In this document: positions 13,101-28,100 of the stretch, piece by piece | Layout: each line of letters starts with the position of its first letter | How positions within the stretch are numbered: the stretch's first letter is position 1 | Origin: Phoronis australis | Lineage: Eukaryota > Animalia > Phoronida | Direction of reading: 5' to 3' | NCBI GenBank assembly: GCA_002633005.1 | Contig: NMRA01000511.1 | Coordinates: 4,147 to 68,146 of the forward strand | DNA: 64,000 nt | Program-made: the position numbers and the translations under genes | Notes under the pieces: generated by a model | Database searches by the model: none | Seen by the model: the letters and a program-made list of their open reading frames with translations, nothing else | What the model was told of the DNA's origin: nothing

Positions 13101-16100
13101 GTAATGTATTTTGTAATATGACTGAAAAAATGTGTAGTGAACTGGATCATTTTTTACTGGACTCACTTGATAAAAATGTCCCAGATCTTCAGAGTTCGGG
13201 TACGAGCTCTTGCTTTGCGCGACACCTGACGGATGAAGACTTGCATTTCATTATGTCTACATAAAGACTATGTTTAAGCATTTTTTTCTCGCAAAGCTCA
13301 CTTTATACCACGGAAGAGTTATCGAACAGTTATAGAAGAAAACACACAATTTTGGTAAATATATTTTTTATTCGAAAAAAAGCGAGGAGTTACCTTACAC
13401 GTGCTTACGATTTCTAAGATGTGTTATGCATTGAACGTTCTCATACTGACGCGGTTTCTCTCAGAAATAGACAAGTATCCTGGCGACTTCGAGGTAATGT
13501 GTAACAACACACTGGCAGAGAAAAACTGGAAGCCTTATCCGGTCAACTACTTCCGTTTTTTCAACCGTGAGTATTCGAAACGCGTAACCTGGCGTGCATT
13601 CAGTAAACGCTAGGACCTACGCTAGGACCTTGCTAAAATCTAGTCAACGTCACGTGTCCTTATTTAAAATACACTGCAATATCTCACTTAATCTCGCGAA
13701 ATCTTGCTTTTTAGCGAGGTCCTAGCGTTACTGAACGGGTTGCTGGTGTAATTGTTACGGCGTTTAGTTACAATGCCTTCTGACAGCACGCGACAGAAAT
13801 ATTTACCATGGTGGCTAGAGCTGTCTTTTACAAGCTGAAAAACATAGAGGAACACATGGATCTGGGCTGTCCGTATTACAACAGTTGCTTTGTGTTAACA
13901 TTTGATGCAAATACCTAATGGTTTGACCTGTGCAGAATTTTTTTTTGGGGCGCGGGCTTAAGTGGGACTTATACTGAAAATAAGCTAAATCCTGATTGCA
14001 TTTCAGTGAGCGCAGTACGCAAGGAAATTACAACACCAAGTAAGAAAAATTCTTTATACCATCTACATGTATATAGGACACTTCTCTGGTTGAGTCGGTA
14101 ATTAATCTAGTAACCTACGTTTCAAAGCCTTTTAATGAATACTATTAAAGACTCAGTACGTCTTAGCACAGCACTGACAGACTCTGTCTAATATCGCCTT
14201 CACATGGCGTCAAATCCTGGGGTAGATCGGAAGTCTGATCAGCTGACCGAGAGCAAAATCAAACATTGAACGTGACTTTTATTAATACTCAAAATCCTGT
14301 CTGTATTTCAGTGAGGGTCACACGCAAGGAGACCACAACACCAAGTAAGGACAATTCTTTATATAATATATTTTTCGTATATCTCTGCTTCAGTAGGTTA
14401 TTCAGGGAGTAACTGTGTTCCAAACAGTTTTTAACCAATACTGCAAAGGACTGGTGACGTCTTAACTTAACAACGCATGACTTTTATCTAATACAGCATT
14501 CACATGACATGAAATCCTGGGGTAGATTGCAAGTCTGATCTGCTGGCCCAGAACAAAATTAAATACGAACGACTGTCAATTGCCTGATCCCTCAGTTACT
14601 TTCACAACCAGATTCACTAAAAGGTAATATAACTAAGAGGTAGTGTTATACCTGATTCACCGAGATTTTCTCTCAGTACTTTGGTCGGCAAAGCATTTTC
14701 CTATCCCGTTTTGTCCAGCACAAAACTCACTTAGACGTACCTGAGGTCTCGCGCCTGCTAAGCGCTGTGGAAGGTCAGTATTTCCACGTGAGCTCTTGTA
14801 GAGTGTAGAATATTCCAATTAATACTCTTAATTGTAACAGATAGAGTTTGGACGCGACTACCACCGAGTGTGCATGCCCACAGGACAAAGCATGAATGGC
14901 CCCTATTTACTAAGTTACATATACGGACTCTCGTCAAGTGGCGGTTCAGCGTATTTTTTCTGGTCCAGCTGCGCTAATCTTAACTGTTTGTGTGGTTTGA
15001 CCTGTACCGAAATTGTTCTGAGAGAGGGCTTAAATGTGGTTTCTAAACGCTGTTTGTACTTTCAGTGATCACCACAAGCATGAAGAAGACGACACCAAGT
15101 AAGAACAATTATTTATAATTTATATCTTCGCATTTCTTTTCTTCAGTCGGTAATTTCACGAGTAAATTATTTTCCAAGCCCTTTAAGAGAATATTGCAAA
15201 TGACTGGGTACGACTTAACCTAGCAACGCCTGGCTCTGTCTAATAGAGTGTTCACGTGACGACAATCTCAAGGTAGGTTTAAAGTGACTTGCCGGCTGAG
15301 CACAAAATCAAATATGATCTATCTTCACGTGTCTGATCCACGAGTTATCTTCACAACCAGATTCACTGAAAGGTGATATAACTAAGAGGTAGTGTTATGC
15401 CTGGATTTTTTAATTTGCAAACTGTGATTATCGAGATTTACTCTTAGTATTTACGTCCGCAAAATGTTTCCCTTTTATGTTTTGTATAACACAATACCCG
15501 GTTTAGACTGCCTTCGGGTCTTAAGCGGGCTAAACGCTCTGCAAGGTCAATGTTTCTACGGAAGCTCCTTGCAGAGTTTAGGATATTTCAAGGAATCCCC
15601 TGCAACGGATAGAGTTCAGACGACACTGCAGCCGAGTTCTGAGCATGTGCACGGTACAATGCAGGAGTGGTCTATTAAGTAAGTTATATATATGGATTCC
15701 CGTGAAGTGGCGGTTCAACATATTTTTTTCTTGTCCAGCTGTGGTGTTCTGATGCTTGTCTGGTTTGACCTGTAACGAAATTGCTCAGAAAGAGAGAGAT
15801 GCCTTAAATGTGAGTTCTACAATTGATACACTGAACGCTGTTTGTACTTTCAGTGATCACCACAAGCATGGAAAAGACGACACCAAGTAAGAACAATTAT
15901 TTATAATCTATATCTTCGCATTTCTTTTCCTCAGTCGGCAATTTCACGAGTAAGTTATTTTCCAAGCCCTTTTAGAGAATATTGCAAATGACTGGGTACG
16001 ACTTAACCTAGCAACGCCTGGCTGTGTCTAATAGAGTGTTCACGTGACGACAATCCCAGAGTAGGTAAAAAGTGACTAGCCGGCTGAGCACAAATTCAAA

Positions 16101-19100
16101 TATGATCGATCTTCACGTGTCTGATCCACCCGTTACCTTCACAACCAGATTCACTGAAAGGTAATATAACTAAGAGGTAGTGTTATGCCTGGATTTTTTA
16201 GTTTGCAATCTGTGATTCATCGAGATATACTGTTAGTATTTACGTCGGGAAAGTGTTTTCCTGTCATGTTTTGTATAACAAAATACCCAGTTTAGACTTC
16301 GCTCGGGTCTTAAGCTGGCTAAACGCTCTGCAAGGTCAATGTTTCTACGGAAGCTCCTTGCAGAGTTTAGGATAGTTCAAGGAATTCCCTGCAACGGATA
16401 GAGTTCAGACGACACTGCAGCCGAGTTCTGAGCATGTGTACGGTACAATTCAGGAGTGGTCTATCAAGTAAGTTATATATACGGATTCCCGTGAAGTGGC
16501 GGTTCAGCATATTTTTTTCTTGTCCAGCTGTGGTGTTCTGATGCTTGTCTGGTTTGATCTGTACCGAAATTGTTCAGAAAGAGAGAGAGATGCCTTAAAT
16601 GTGAGTTCTACAATTGATACACTGAACGCTGTTTGTACTTTCAGTGAGCACCACAAGCACAAAGACTACGACACCAAGTATGGACAATTCTGGTTATATA
16701 TTCTGTTTTTCGCATTTCTGTGCCTGAATTGGCCATTTAACGACTAGCCTGAGTTCCAAATCTTTTTTTAACCGAATGCTGCAATGCACTGACTAAAGTG
16801 CGTCTTAACCTAGCAATGTCATACTCTGTCAAATACAGCGTTCACATTTCGTCAGTCCTAGGGTAGATCGCATAGGCGGATTAAGGGAGAGAGGTAATTA
16901 ACATGAGGCTAAGGGGGGGGGTAGGGGGCTCAGACCCGATTGCAAGTGTCTGTTTCAGACCACCGGCGCAATTGTTTCCCCGATATTTTAGTCCTCTGTT
17001 TGTTGTTTAGTAGTATAAGGTCCACATTCTCAGAAATTCGAGCCCCCTATCTTTAAGGCTGGGTGTACGCATGCAATCGTGCTTTACGCGATTTCCCGAG
17101 ACAAAATGTTGCCCCATTTATTATATCCTAGATCCGCCACTGGATCGTATGTCTCAGTGATCCTCCGGCTGAAAACGAAATCAAATATGAACGTGACGTC
17201 CGTTGATACGCTAAACGATATTTGTATTTCAGTGAGCACCACACGCATGGAGACCACAACTCCAAGTAAGAACAATTCTTTATATGTTCTGTTTTTGCAT
17301 TTCTCAACTTCAATCGACAATTGAGGTAGCAACCTTTGTTCCTCGAGATTTCCTCTCAGTATTTTCATCGTCAAAACATTTTGATATCGTGTTTTGTCTC
17401 ACACAATGCTCAATTTAGATCCCCCGCAGGTCTCGCGCTTGTTAGACGCTCTGGAAGGTCATTATTTCCACGTGAGCTCCTTGCAGAATTTAGCGTATTT
17501 CAAAGAATCCTCTGAAGTGCAGCGGATAGAGTTCGGACGCGACTACTACCGAGTTCTGAGCATGCGCACAGGACAAAGCATGAGTGGCCTATTTAGTAAG
17601 TTACTTATGATGGTTTCCCGTGACGTGGTGTATTTCTCCGTGTCCAACTGAGCTGTTCTTGTGTTCATAATCCAAAATATGGTCTCGCACCTAGTAACTA
17701 CCGAATTGCGTTAGGAGTAAAACATAAAGCACTAAGGTGTCTCCCGCTACAATACTTTGCTCGTCAACTTTGGAATTTCTTTGTATCCGCAACATATTCA
17801 TTTGGTGCGTTCATGTTCACAGTTCTACTGTTAATGCAAAGGAAAGAATGATGAAGTGTTCACCTCTTGTTTCCTGTATACATGTATGTACTTACATGTA
17901 GAAACGAAGCTCATCTTTGAACGTGATTTTTTCTTAACAGTTTCTGGTACCAAACCACTGCGATTCTGCCGTCTTCACGCCGATGGTGAAATCCTCACAG
18001 CTATCATGCACGTGGATTATATGCCCAAAAAGTAAGATGTTGATTTTTGGTGTTTTATGGAATTGCTAACTTACTCCTTTAATGGCTTCTATAAAGGATT
18101 GGATTGTTAGGATCAGGGAATTACGAAAAGACTGAAACAACAACTGAGTCGTTGTCCTTGAGAAACGTATATAAAGCATGTTGGTGTCCTTCAGTTGCAC
18201 CTAGCAGGACTATGTCTTAGAGTTATCTCGGAGCCACGGACACTGCAATTGATCGTGAAATTGGTAAAACATTTGACAGACGCAATTACCGTCCTTGGTG
18301 AACATTTGCCTTGACTACCGTGTCTTTCTATACGACAGGATGATGGAGAGCTACAAGAGCAAAGGACTGTCCAATTACAGATGTCTGAGGTTGATGAAGA
18401 GTGGATCTGATCTTGTGGTGGACTACGAGGACAGTTATTGTAATAAGTGTTTACCATTCATTCTTTGTTTTGTCAGCCCGTGCTCATGTAGTACGACAGA
18501 ATAACCGCTAGCAACGGAACAAGGCCTTGAAACATTTCATATTTCTGCATTACTATGCGTCAGTGTAGAGTCTAAACTGCGTTCTGTAAAGTGCCTTTCT
18601 AGTTTGGTGAACATACAAAAGATCGCGTATACGACAGCGATCTTACTTTAGTAAAATGGATCCAAAAATTTGATAGGTTTACGAGCCTGGGTTGTTGACG
18701 GTGGAAAATTGTGAGGAGGTCTGAACACAATACATGTACTTTCACTCCATATAGCGACGCGTCTCGGGTGTGAAGGGCTTGACGTAATACCATCATTAGC
18801 TAGCGCTCTGTAGGTGTAAGACAAAATGTACCTTGGCGGTTTCATCTCGGGTTGCCAACTGGTCAATTTTCACTTAATAGGAGTCTTTGGAACATGGTAA
18901 TGATGTCGACGATCTCCTTCTTGAAAATCATTCCTGACTATGTGTTGTCTCTTGAATTCAGTTTTTCTAGTGAACGATCTGGATGAACAATGTCATAAGG
19001 TGGACAAGTGTCCCAACGACGCTAGGATAGAGGGATGGCATCCTTCCGCTACTAGACTCGTCTTGCTCAACTGTAGGTATTTATGCCGTCGCGTGCGAAC

Positions 19101-22100
19101 ACATTTGCACCATAAAGCAAACATTAGTTATAGCATTTTTTCAAACTGCTGAATGGAATGAGCTAAAAGTAGACAAAATGTCGATCTCAGTAATTTATGA
19201 AATTTACTACAACATTTGCTCTTGAAAATGATGGCTGACGCCAATGTCGACTTTGGTATTTTCCATGCTGTGATCAGTAAGTGAAAAGAGCCCGTTGTTT
19301 ATGGAATAGAAATCCAAGTTGTAACCGATTTCACATTTCCCGCTTGTTCCAGTAAACGCCACGTTAGCGAAACCAGGAGAAAAACTTCAGCTTAACATAA
19401 AGAAAATGGGTAAGAGTCCACTGTTAAAGAGATCGTGTCACGTTTCTTAAAAACGTCGGCGAGGAAACACGCAAACACGTTCTATAACAAAGAGCAGGGG
19501 TGCGTTCAGTAACGCTAGGTCCTACGCTAGGACCTAGCTAAAATCTAGTCAAAGTCACGTGCTTTCAATAAAAGTACACGGCAGTGTCTCACGTTATCTC
19601 GCGAAGTCTTGCTTTTTAGTGCGGTCCTAGCTTTATTGAACGGTAGGCAGCTGTGCAACAACTGACTTCTTTTGCTGGTTAAACAGTCCATGGCCTAGGC
19701 TTATCCGGCGTTCACCAGTCGCCGAACTCTAATTTATTATCTGACAAACTCTTCTTTTGTCTGTCCGCTGGCAGTCTATTATTTCTAGAACATTAAATGC
19801 AAAGTTTCCGCTAGCGTTTGGGAACCAATTTCGTTCCTTAATGCTCCAATTGAATTAGATAGTACCCGAAAAAAGGCGAAATGGTCTAAAATACAATCAT
19901 TTTTGCCTCACTTTTGAGAAGACCTATCGTGTCACGATAACGCCAAGCTTACTTGCCAATGCAGGCAAATGATAGCGTATATTGATACGTTAGTAAAACG
20001 CATTTTTCCTGATTCAGGGAATAGATACTTGGAAACCACGACAAACGTTTATTTGGGGAATCAGACAGTTCAGACACGCTATCAAGGTGAGTAGTCTAAA
20101 CCCTCGGTAAACGGTGAGCTCTACATAAGACTTCCTCTTGTCTCTTTGCTGCCGCACATCTCGTTAAATTTATTATTGGGGAATTTACAAGCGCAGTGAG
20201 CGGGATTAGAATACAAAATAAGTTGAACGAAAAACGTGGCTGACTGTATGTACAGGAAGGGCAGGGGAGGTCGCGCGAGTTTGGTCAGAGCACGCAACAT
20301 CACGTTTAGAAATAGCTCTCTCAGTGTCTCGCTTGTGTGTTCTTAACCTGTCCAGCCTATTTCAAGAAAATGGCCCCCAGTGATGGTATAGGTCATGTTG
20401 TTGAGCTATGATAGTAGATTGAACCTAAATGTAGTATTTCCGATCCATAAGCCAACCGTGTCTTCCGCGGAAATAGTGTCAACTTTATATTGAATATCAT
20501 TGATATCATTTGCAGCGTTCTGTGCCCCGTTGTTGGACGGTGTGGTCGGGAGGTATTCTCTCTGGTCCCTGGATCAAATGCGGCAGGGGTGGGCTCAGAA
20601 GGCCCCCAAGTATGTTGAGTTTGGACAGGATTACTTCCGAAGCATTGGGACGCTCGATCGTAATGCTATAGGGCATGGTTTATTTCGTAAGTGCTACAGT
20701 TTATGGAATTCATGTCTTTTCAATGAATTCTTAGAACTCGACAAAAGATGGCAAGAGCAAATACTTAGCGCGGGCATTTCCATATATATGTACAGCATAT
20801 GTAAGCAAATTGGACATTTAGTTTGACTCTAATAATGACTTCGTGTCTTTCCGTATATTTACGTAGAATCCTCAGGTAATTTCACTTAATGTACCTGAAT
20901 TTTTCCTGCTTTCTTCTTTTAGTTGCCGACAACATTCCTTTCAGATACAGTCGCGTCAAATGCACAGGTGACAAAATTTGGCTGTGGGTCCACACGAAAC
21001 GCAAGAAACGGTAATACTTTCACGTCTACTACATTTTGGATCTTAAGCGACACCATGCTCGTTCTTAATTTGTGCATTCATCACACCGTCTTTATCATTA
21101 CAATCTTAACGACCATCATGAAGTTCGCCGCCATCTTTGTATTGGTCACCGCCATCAGTATCAACGTTATCGTTCTTTTCGGGTCATCCCTAAATACAGG
21201 CACAGACGAGTTCTTCTCACTAGCAATTTTATCGCTTGCTCTCCGTCTGCGCAAGGCTTACTTGAAGCTATTCTATTTGATTTAAGCAAGCAAGTTTGAG
21301 AGTATTGATATTCTGGTGGTTCGAATTATTGAGGCCTGACAGTTGTGTGCATTATGAATCACCACTCCACCTTGCGTACGTTCCCTTTATTATTCCAGAG
21401 GTGGCCCCAGAGACAATCGCTACATGTGCATCATACTGCGGAAGATTGGTGAGCACGTCGAGGGAACATACTCTACAACAAGTAAGGTTTTGTCTTGTCG
21501 AAATAAAATCGATGCAAACCAGTGTGCGTAGGATCGGAGATGAGTTTAAGTGCTCAGTCACAGATTTTGACTGTGACCTGCTGTAGTCATATATTAGATT
21601 GAAGATCCATTCTTCGACGATTGTCACAATAAGTTCAGGTGCAGAGTTAGCACAGAAGTGGTTCATGCTTGTGGTTTGATGACAATGCTCTTTTGCTCTG
21701 AGACCAAAAATCCCAGGCTTGACTCGAATATTGCCCAGTAAAAATTAACGGTTTTTTGAAGCGTGTTTTGCGATTGGTCACGTTTCGAGCTAAGTGTTGG
21801 GCAGAGTTTGTAAGTATCGGACTTAAGTGCGTCAAATTCGTTCACAATTTCAGGCTACGAGTTGCGCGACTTCAGAAAAATGTGCATCAACACTTTAGAC
21901 GTGGATGCATTCAAAATGAGAGGATACCCGAAAAATTACTTCCGCTTGTACAATCGTAAGTCACTTTTAATACAGTGTGTTGCAAATTTACTTGGAAATG
22001 GTTAATACTGGAAAAATTAATTCTGATAAAGTGGCGATTATAAAACAACGCACTTCAGCAACGTCGAAATCTTCTTATAATTCTTGGTTGGTTGCAGTAA

Positions 22101-25100
22101 ACGAAACTTGTGTGGAAAGGGCACCAGCAGTAAAAAGCAATGCATCAGGTAAGGAATACTCAGACGGCCAAAAAAGCAAACCAATACTAAGTTGAGTTAG
22201 TCAAATCAAATACTATATCGTGTTTGATATCCCGATGAAAGAAGCGACCCCTTGCGATATCACATTTTGCCACGGACATTTTTGACGGGCATTTTCACGC
22301 TGGCCTGGTGTTACCATTGTTCACAAGCACTCAAAAAACGCGCAAAATATGGGCCTGCTTTGTAACTGTTATTTCAGCTGTGGTCTCGTTTTATGTAAAG
22401 TATCATTTGCATTTAAACAGTGAAAATGACGAACACTAACTGGATAATTTACAAACCGCTAACATCGAACATTTATTGCAGACAACTGTCATGTTCAAAT
22501 GAGGCCAGTACTGGGCCAGTACTGGCTTATTAGGTACCCGGGGGATTTTACCTTGTCCACCGATTCCCCTCCTCAGCTGATTGAGTTTGGACCAGACTAC
22601 TACAAAGTGATCAAAATGAATGATAACCAAACCATGACGGGATTGTTCAGTAAGTACGCGAGATCGACAAACATGTAGAATTCTCGGAAAAATGTGGGTC
22701 ATGACAGGATCAGCTATTTTGCAGACTGTGAGATTGAAAACGATACACTAGACAGTGAAATTTAACATGGATCATTGGTGATTCACTTTTACATCAATGA
22801 ACGCAGCCGTCATGTTAAGAAGATGGCCGCCGAAAGATAAAGACAAGGGATTGATACGGCCATGGTCATTTAGGAAATGAATTGCTTGGTGATCGGTGTT
22901 ACCTGAACCTAATACTAGCGTGTTCCGTTCGCTCTCAGTTTCAGGCATGCGCAGACTACGATATTGTCACTTGCAGTGTGACGACAGAAGTGCTCTCAAA
23001 GTCATCATTCCAATAGTTGATCGGTCCCAAAAAAGGTAAAATTTGTAAACAGCCGTTACACCCTTTCTGGTTATTGACGTTTTTCAACGGCAGAGTCAAC
23101 AAATTTTTGGCAAAATAACATCGAATGTAACGCACAGTACCTTGGTTATACGTGATTCTTGACCAAATGATACAGTTCTATAAATGGCGTTCAGGTACGA
23201 ATGCAAGCGACTTATAAAACGTACTGCATGCTCTTGAGTAGCGTATGGTGACGGCCAATTTAATAATGAGATCCAGCGACTACATTTACCCTCGGGAAAA
23301 TGTTCAACTCAGTTACACAAATTGAAGTTGGTTCAACTTTCTTTCAAGAGTGATGGGCGATAATCAACAGAGAATACGTCGCTATCGATGCATGTATTTG
23401 AAGAGAACGGGCGACAATTTATCTGTTGCGTATAAGGACAGCGATGGTAACTATTTAATTGTGACCACCTTAATTTCTTGCCTATTTAAGTCCGATCCAA
23501 TTGATGGGAATGTAATGTGATTCCACCACTGTTTCTGAGCTTGGAAACACAAACGTACATTGTAAGCTCATGCATGCATGGCTTGATGGAGACAAAATAA
23601 AAAACTTCGCTAAGGTATATTCCATTAGCCCTGCAGGAAAGAGGTTTCGGTGCTGCTACAATTCAAAATCAAAGCGTGAGCTGAATTGCTGGATAATGTC
23701 GCCTCTGAGCACACAATCTACCCCGGCTGGGTCCATCTGTAACATTCAAACTCGTCTGCACAACAACTTGTGAATAACGAGAGCACCTTAATCGCTATGC
23801 AAAATTACACAACTGTCACTTCATTATTTCCGTACACATCCAGCGAACGACATGAACTGTTCGGATGTCACCGACTGTCCAGACGTTTCGAAGTTGGAAA
23901 CAGGAAGTCCACAAGGTCTTGGATTAAGATTATTTGACCGTGAGTAAGTTTATTACACGACGCTTCACACAAATACGTTATATCAAGAGAGATAGATTTA
24001 CGTCTTGGCGTTCAGTATGATTTTAGAGAAGTGTGAGATACAGTCCAATATGCATACTGATTTTAACAGCACTGAGTACAACTAGAACATATTATTTTGA
24101 TGATATGCAGAAAATAATGGTGCTTTTCATTCCTTCTAATGCTACTTTTTTAGTCAACACCACCGTGGCACCTCGTGGAGAGATACTTCAGCCGTTCATT
24201 GAACACACAGGTTGGTACGATTCAAATCCCTTTTTGACGGTTTTGTTAAGCGTCTTAGCACCGAAAAAATGCAACTTTTGGCTTACATTCTGGAAATTTT
24301 CTTTTTTAGGTTTTGAAAATGTCCTCTTCCATACAAGCCGCTAACAAAATGCTAATGGTTTCTGATCTTTGTTGTTTCCATTTCACATACGTTTGCGGTG
24401 TTTATGCAAAGATATTTGGAGTCTCTTTTCGCGAAAAAGATATCTGTAGCCGAGCTTCACTGAACGCGTTAACTTTTCTTTTCTTACCAGACGAGGGGTT
24501 TGTAGACACCACGTCAAAATACCTCCTCGAAGATCGACTTGTAGAACCAAGAATTCCTGGTGAGCTGCTTACATGTTTCTGTTTCCATTTAAATGATTTT
24601 TCTGTATTGCGCATTCAATAAAAAATCGTGGTTGATGTTTTTGATTGACCCCGAAGCCCTAGAAGTGTGTGAGCAAAGTTTTGAGTGAAATGCAAATACT
24701 CGGTAGTTGCTTTGCTCTACCCTCCTAGAGCCCGTTGTACCGAGGGCGCGTGAACTGTCGTAGCTAAGACGGTCACTTTATTTAGAACGCGACGCAGCGC
24801 TGTCATAAGATGACTCGTGCCAATTGGGGTTAAGTTAGTAGGCCTAAATGTCCATACTCTGACTTAACGACCGCCTGAAGCACGACCCCAGTGGAACACT
24901 TGCAATTTAAAGCCGAATTTACGACCTCCTGTGCAACGACCTCTGTCTCTGGTTCGAAGATGATCTGCATAGACCTAACCTTGCCACAACTTCAATTCGC
25001 AGACAAATGTGCAACGTTACTAGAGGGAGTGAGGGGCAGATACTCAGCATGGTCGTCAAGAGAGATGGAGGAAGGTTGGGCAAAAAGTGTTCCAAAATGG

Positions 25101-28100
25101 GTCGAGATTGAGCGAGACTACTTCAGGACACTGGGAACGTTTGACCGCCATAGACTTGGTCCGGGCTTGTTTCGTACGTAGAGCTTACTACAGATGTCTC
25201 TATAACAATGGCTGTTTTTGCTTTTTTCATAGAATCAAATATACTTCACCAGTTGATCATTCGATGTATTTCTTGCTTTGATGAATGTCGTTTGAACGCA
25301 ACATGAACAATGGGATTCGGTGTGCTCTACCTCTCAGACGTTGTTTTTACAGAATATTTTGCGAGAAACCGCACGGGTAATGTCCACGATTCATGTACTG
25401 AGTATCCCGGAGTATAACACATTTATGGGAGGGGGAACACAAAGTACGACCCCTAAAAAACGTCGCCGGCATATCTTTTTACAGGTGATGCAAATTCTTT
25501 TCCTTCCATAAAACGGGGTTGCCTACAAGTAACATGCATCGCCTCTCCACTGGTGGCAGATACATTTGACTAAAGCTAGCTTTGTTGATTTTTCTTGCAT
25601 TTGTCTGTAGCAATACCCACTCACTGTCATTACTTTGCAGTTGCCGATAGCGTGCCTTTCCGTTATAACGAAGTGAGTTGCAGTGACTCTCAACTCTGGC
25701 TGTGGATTCGCATTGGAAAGTTGCCCGCGTAGGTACTTGTGCACTACTTCTGGGGCCATTTTGCATTCGTAAAAATAGAAAGATGTAACACAAAAAACAA
25801 CGCTTGTGTGGGGTTCATGCTTAGACAAATTAGCTTTGACGTGGTACTTGCACATTTTTGATATTTTGACTCCATTGTTTAGCAACTATAGGACTTTCAT
25901 GTTTTGCTTACTGCCCCACCTGTCGGCGAGTTATAACTGAAACAGAACACACACACTGTTCTGAGCCAGACTAAAGAAGGAATACAAGTAATTTACAGCA
26001 GATAGCAAGGCATGGACACTTGTTGGCAGATCAATGACTGGAAAGCGAGTGGGAAAGTACAGTAATAAACCTAAACAAAGTAGAATACCCATGAATTCCT
26101 CGACTTGTTTTCCTCGGAGGGCATTGTAAAAACAGCCCTTTTGCGCATTTATAATGAATTTTCAGGTTTAAGTTTGGACTTGCTGTTGCAGAGATAATGA
26201 AATCAAAGGTTTATACATGTGCATAACCCTTCGCAAGTTAGGAGAAGACATTGAGGGAGTAGTCAATACACCTATACGTGAGTGAATCTGTTATAGTTAC
26301 CTTAGTTATGGCAGGGGCCCACAGATGGCGATAATTCGTGACCTTACGGTGGTGGAGTTAAGATCAAACTTTTCTGATGAATCCTCCATTCACACGCTCT
26401 CGGGAGTTTACATATCAAAGGTCAATATAGGCGTTTTCGTCAACTGTTACGATTACATGCAAGGAAAGATCTGTTGGGCATTCACGACTTGTCACCAAAA
26501 AGCCAGCAATATGAAAAACGACTTCTCCTTAGTTACCTAGAAAAGCCACAAAACACGCTGTGTTGTTTCAGGATTGCATTGGAAGTGTTGGCGGAAGAAA
26601 ATTCAAATTTTCACTGAAATTACTGCTCCGGACCTATTACTTTATTGCTTCTCATTCCAGAAATAAGCGAAGAGCCAAAAGATATTAAAGAAATGTGCAA
26701 GTACGACTTCGATCCACCGAAGCTCCTTCGACTGGCAAACGGATACCCAGCCTACTTCTTCAGACTGTATGACCGTGAGTGAGATTTACAGTACATGACG
26801 ACCGATCTTTTACTTTCTAAGACGGCATCTAATAAGTCACCTAAACCCATCTTTGACAGACGTTATATTTATGTACATGAACGATGACGTTTAAGAGGAG
26901 ACATAAGGAGAAGTCCTAAAACAATATAATGGTTGAGCATTTTTTGAAAGGTTGAGTATACTACACAAAATGTGTTTGAACGAGCCTAGCACAATCTTGC
27001 CTATTTCGACTATCACTGCCAAAAAGCAAATGCGTAGCGGGAGGAAATTCATAAGATATGCCGATGGGAATACATAAGACCTCGTGAAAGCCAAGACAGA
27101 TGTAGGACACATCATACCAATGGTTTCCATTTCTCTTCAGTTAACGTGACACGTGACCGGGACGTGAATTCACACGACTTTCTGGGAGACCCATTTGCAG
27201 TTACTGGAGTTAACGGTAAGTATAATGACTTGCATCATCCTGGCTATAGCATAAAGTATCGGCAAATGTATAAAAACGTGTTTTACAAATCTGAGCCGGT
27301 AATGCGAATTAATGTTAAGCATGCTTACCAATGCCGCTAATGTGCAGCGCTGGATCCATTTCAACGTTCTGACACAGCGCATCCTAACTAACAAATGTGT
27401 GCAGCGATTCATTTTAACGAGAATGTACAGACGGACCACGTGATTTCATGTTGATTAAACCTACACTACAAGCAAATATTTTGTTGAGCTGACGTGAACA
27501 GGGCGGTGCCCGGACATCTGGTGGAAGGCACGAGACGGCAGCTCCTACGAAACAGATCATATATCAGCCGTTCGGACCCACCCTCCAGACGTCTGGACAA
27601 CCAAGGACATGGGTGGCCCCCAGGAGCCCTCTATGGTGCGCCGCTCATGATAACGCCAACAAGTCCACTACATCATGTACTCTTGCAGGTGAATGTAATG
27701 TGACGGCGACACGAATAAGGGGCGTGTACTCAACCGAGGACAACATGTCGGACAAGAGAAGAATTAGGTTTTGCCTGGGTTACTTCACAGTGTCGGGGGT
27801 GGGAGGTCCACAGCAATACAGGAACTCCCTGTTTGGTAAATTTACAGTTGCATTTCACATTGTTAACGTCACAGAAATATTGCGAATTCTATTGACAAGG
27901 TTAACAGAGGTAGACAGCCTGTAAAACCTGCGTGAAGCGGTTTGAGGTGAGGAAACCGCGAGAAGTGACTTGTTGTATACACAGTAGAACGCATGCGCGC
28001 ACCCAGGGGATCAGGAGGCCCGAACGAGCCTCCTCATTTGGCGAAGTGGGCAAAAAAAGTCCGCCTGAGAGAAACAAAACTCCGAAAAAAGTAGAAAACC

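Larger units (their letters stand above)
13900..17650 (+). repeat. Intragenic tandem duplication block (units of ~300-790 bp carrying a micro-exon with or without a module-A first-exon copy)
   Basis: Near-identical intron sequence recurs, e.g. ttcacaaccagattcact..aaggt..tataactaagaggtagtgttat at ~14600, ~15350 and ~16140. Micro-exon spacings are 305, 754, 788, 791 and 588 bp. Confidence 0.85.
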
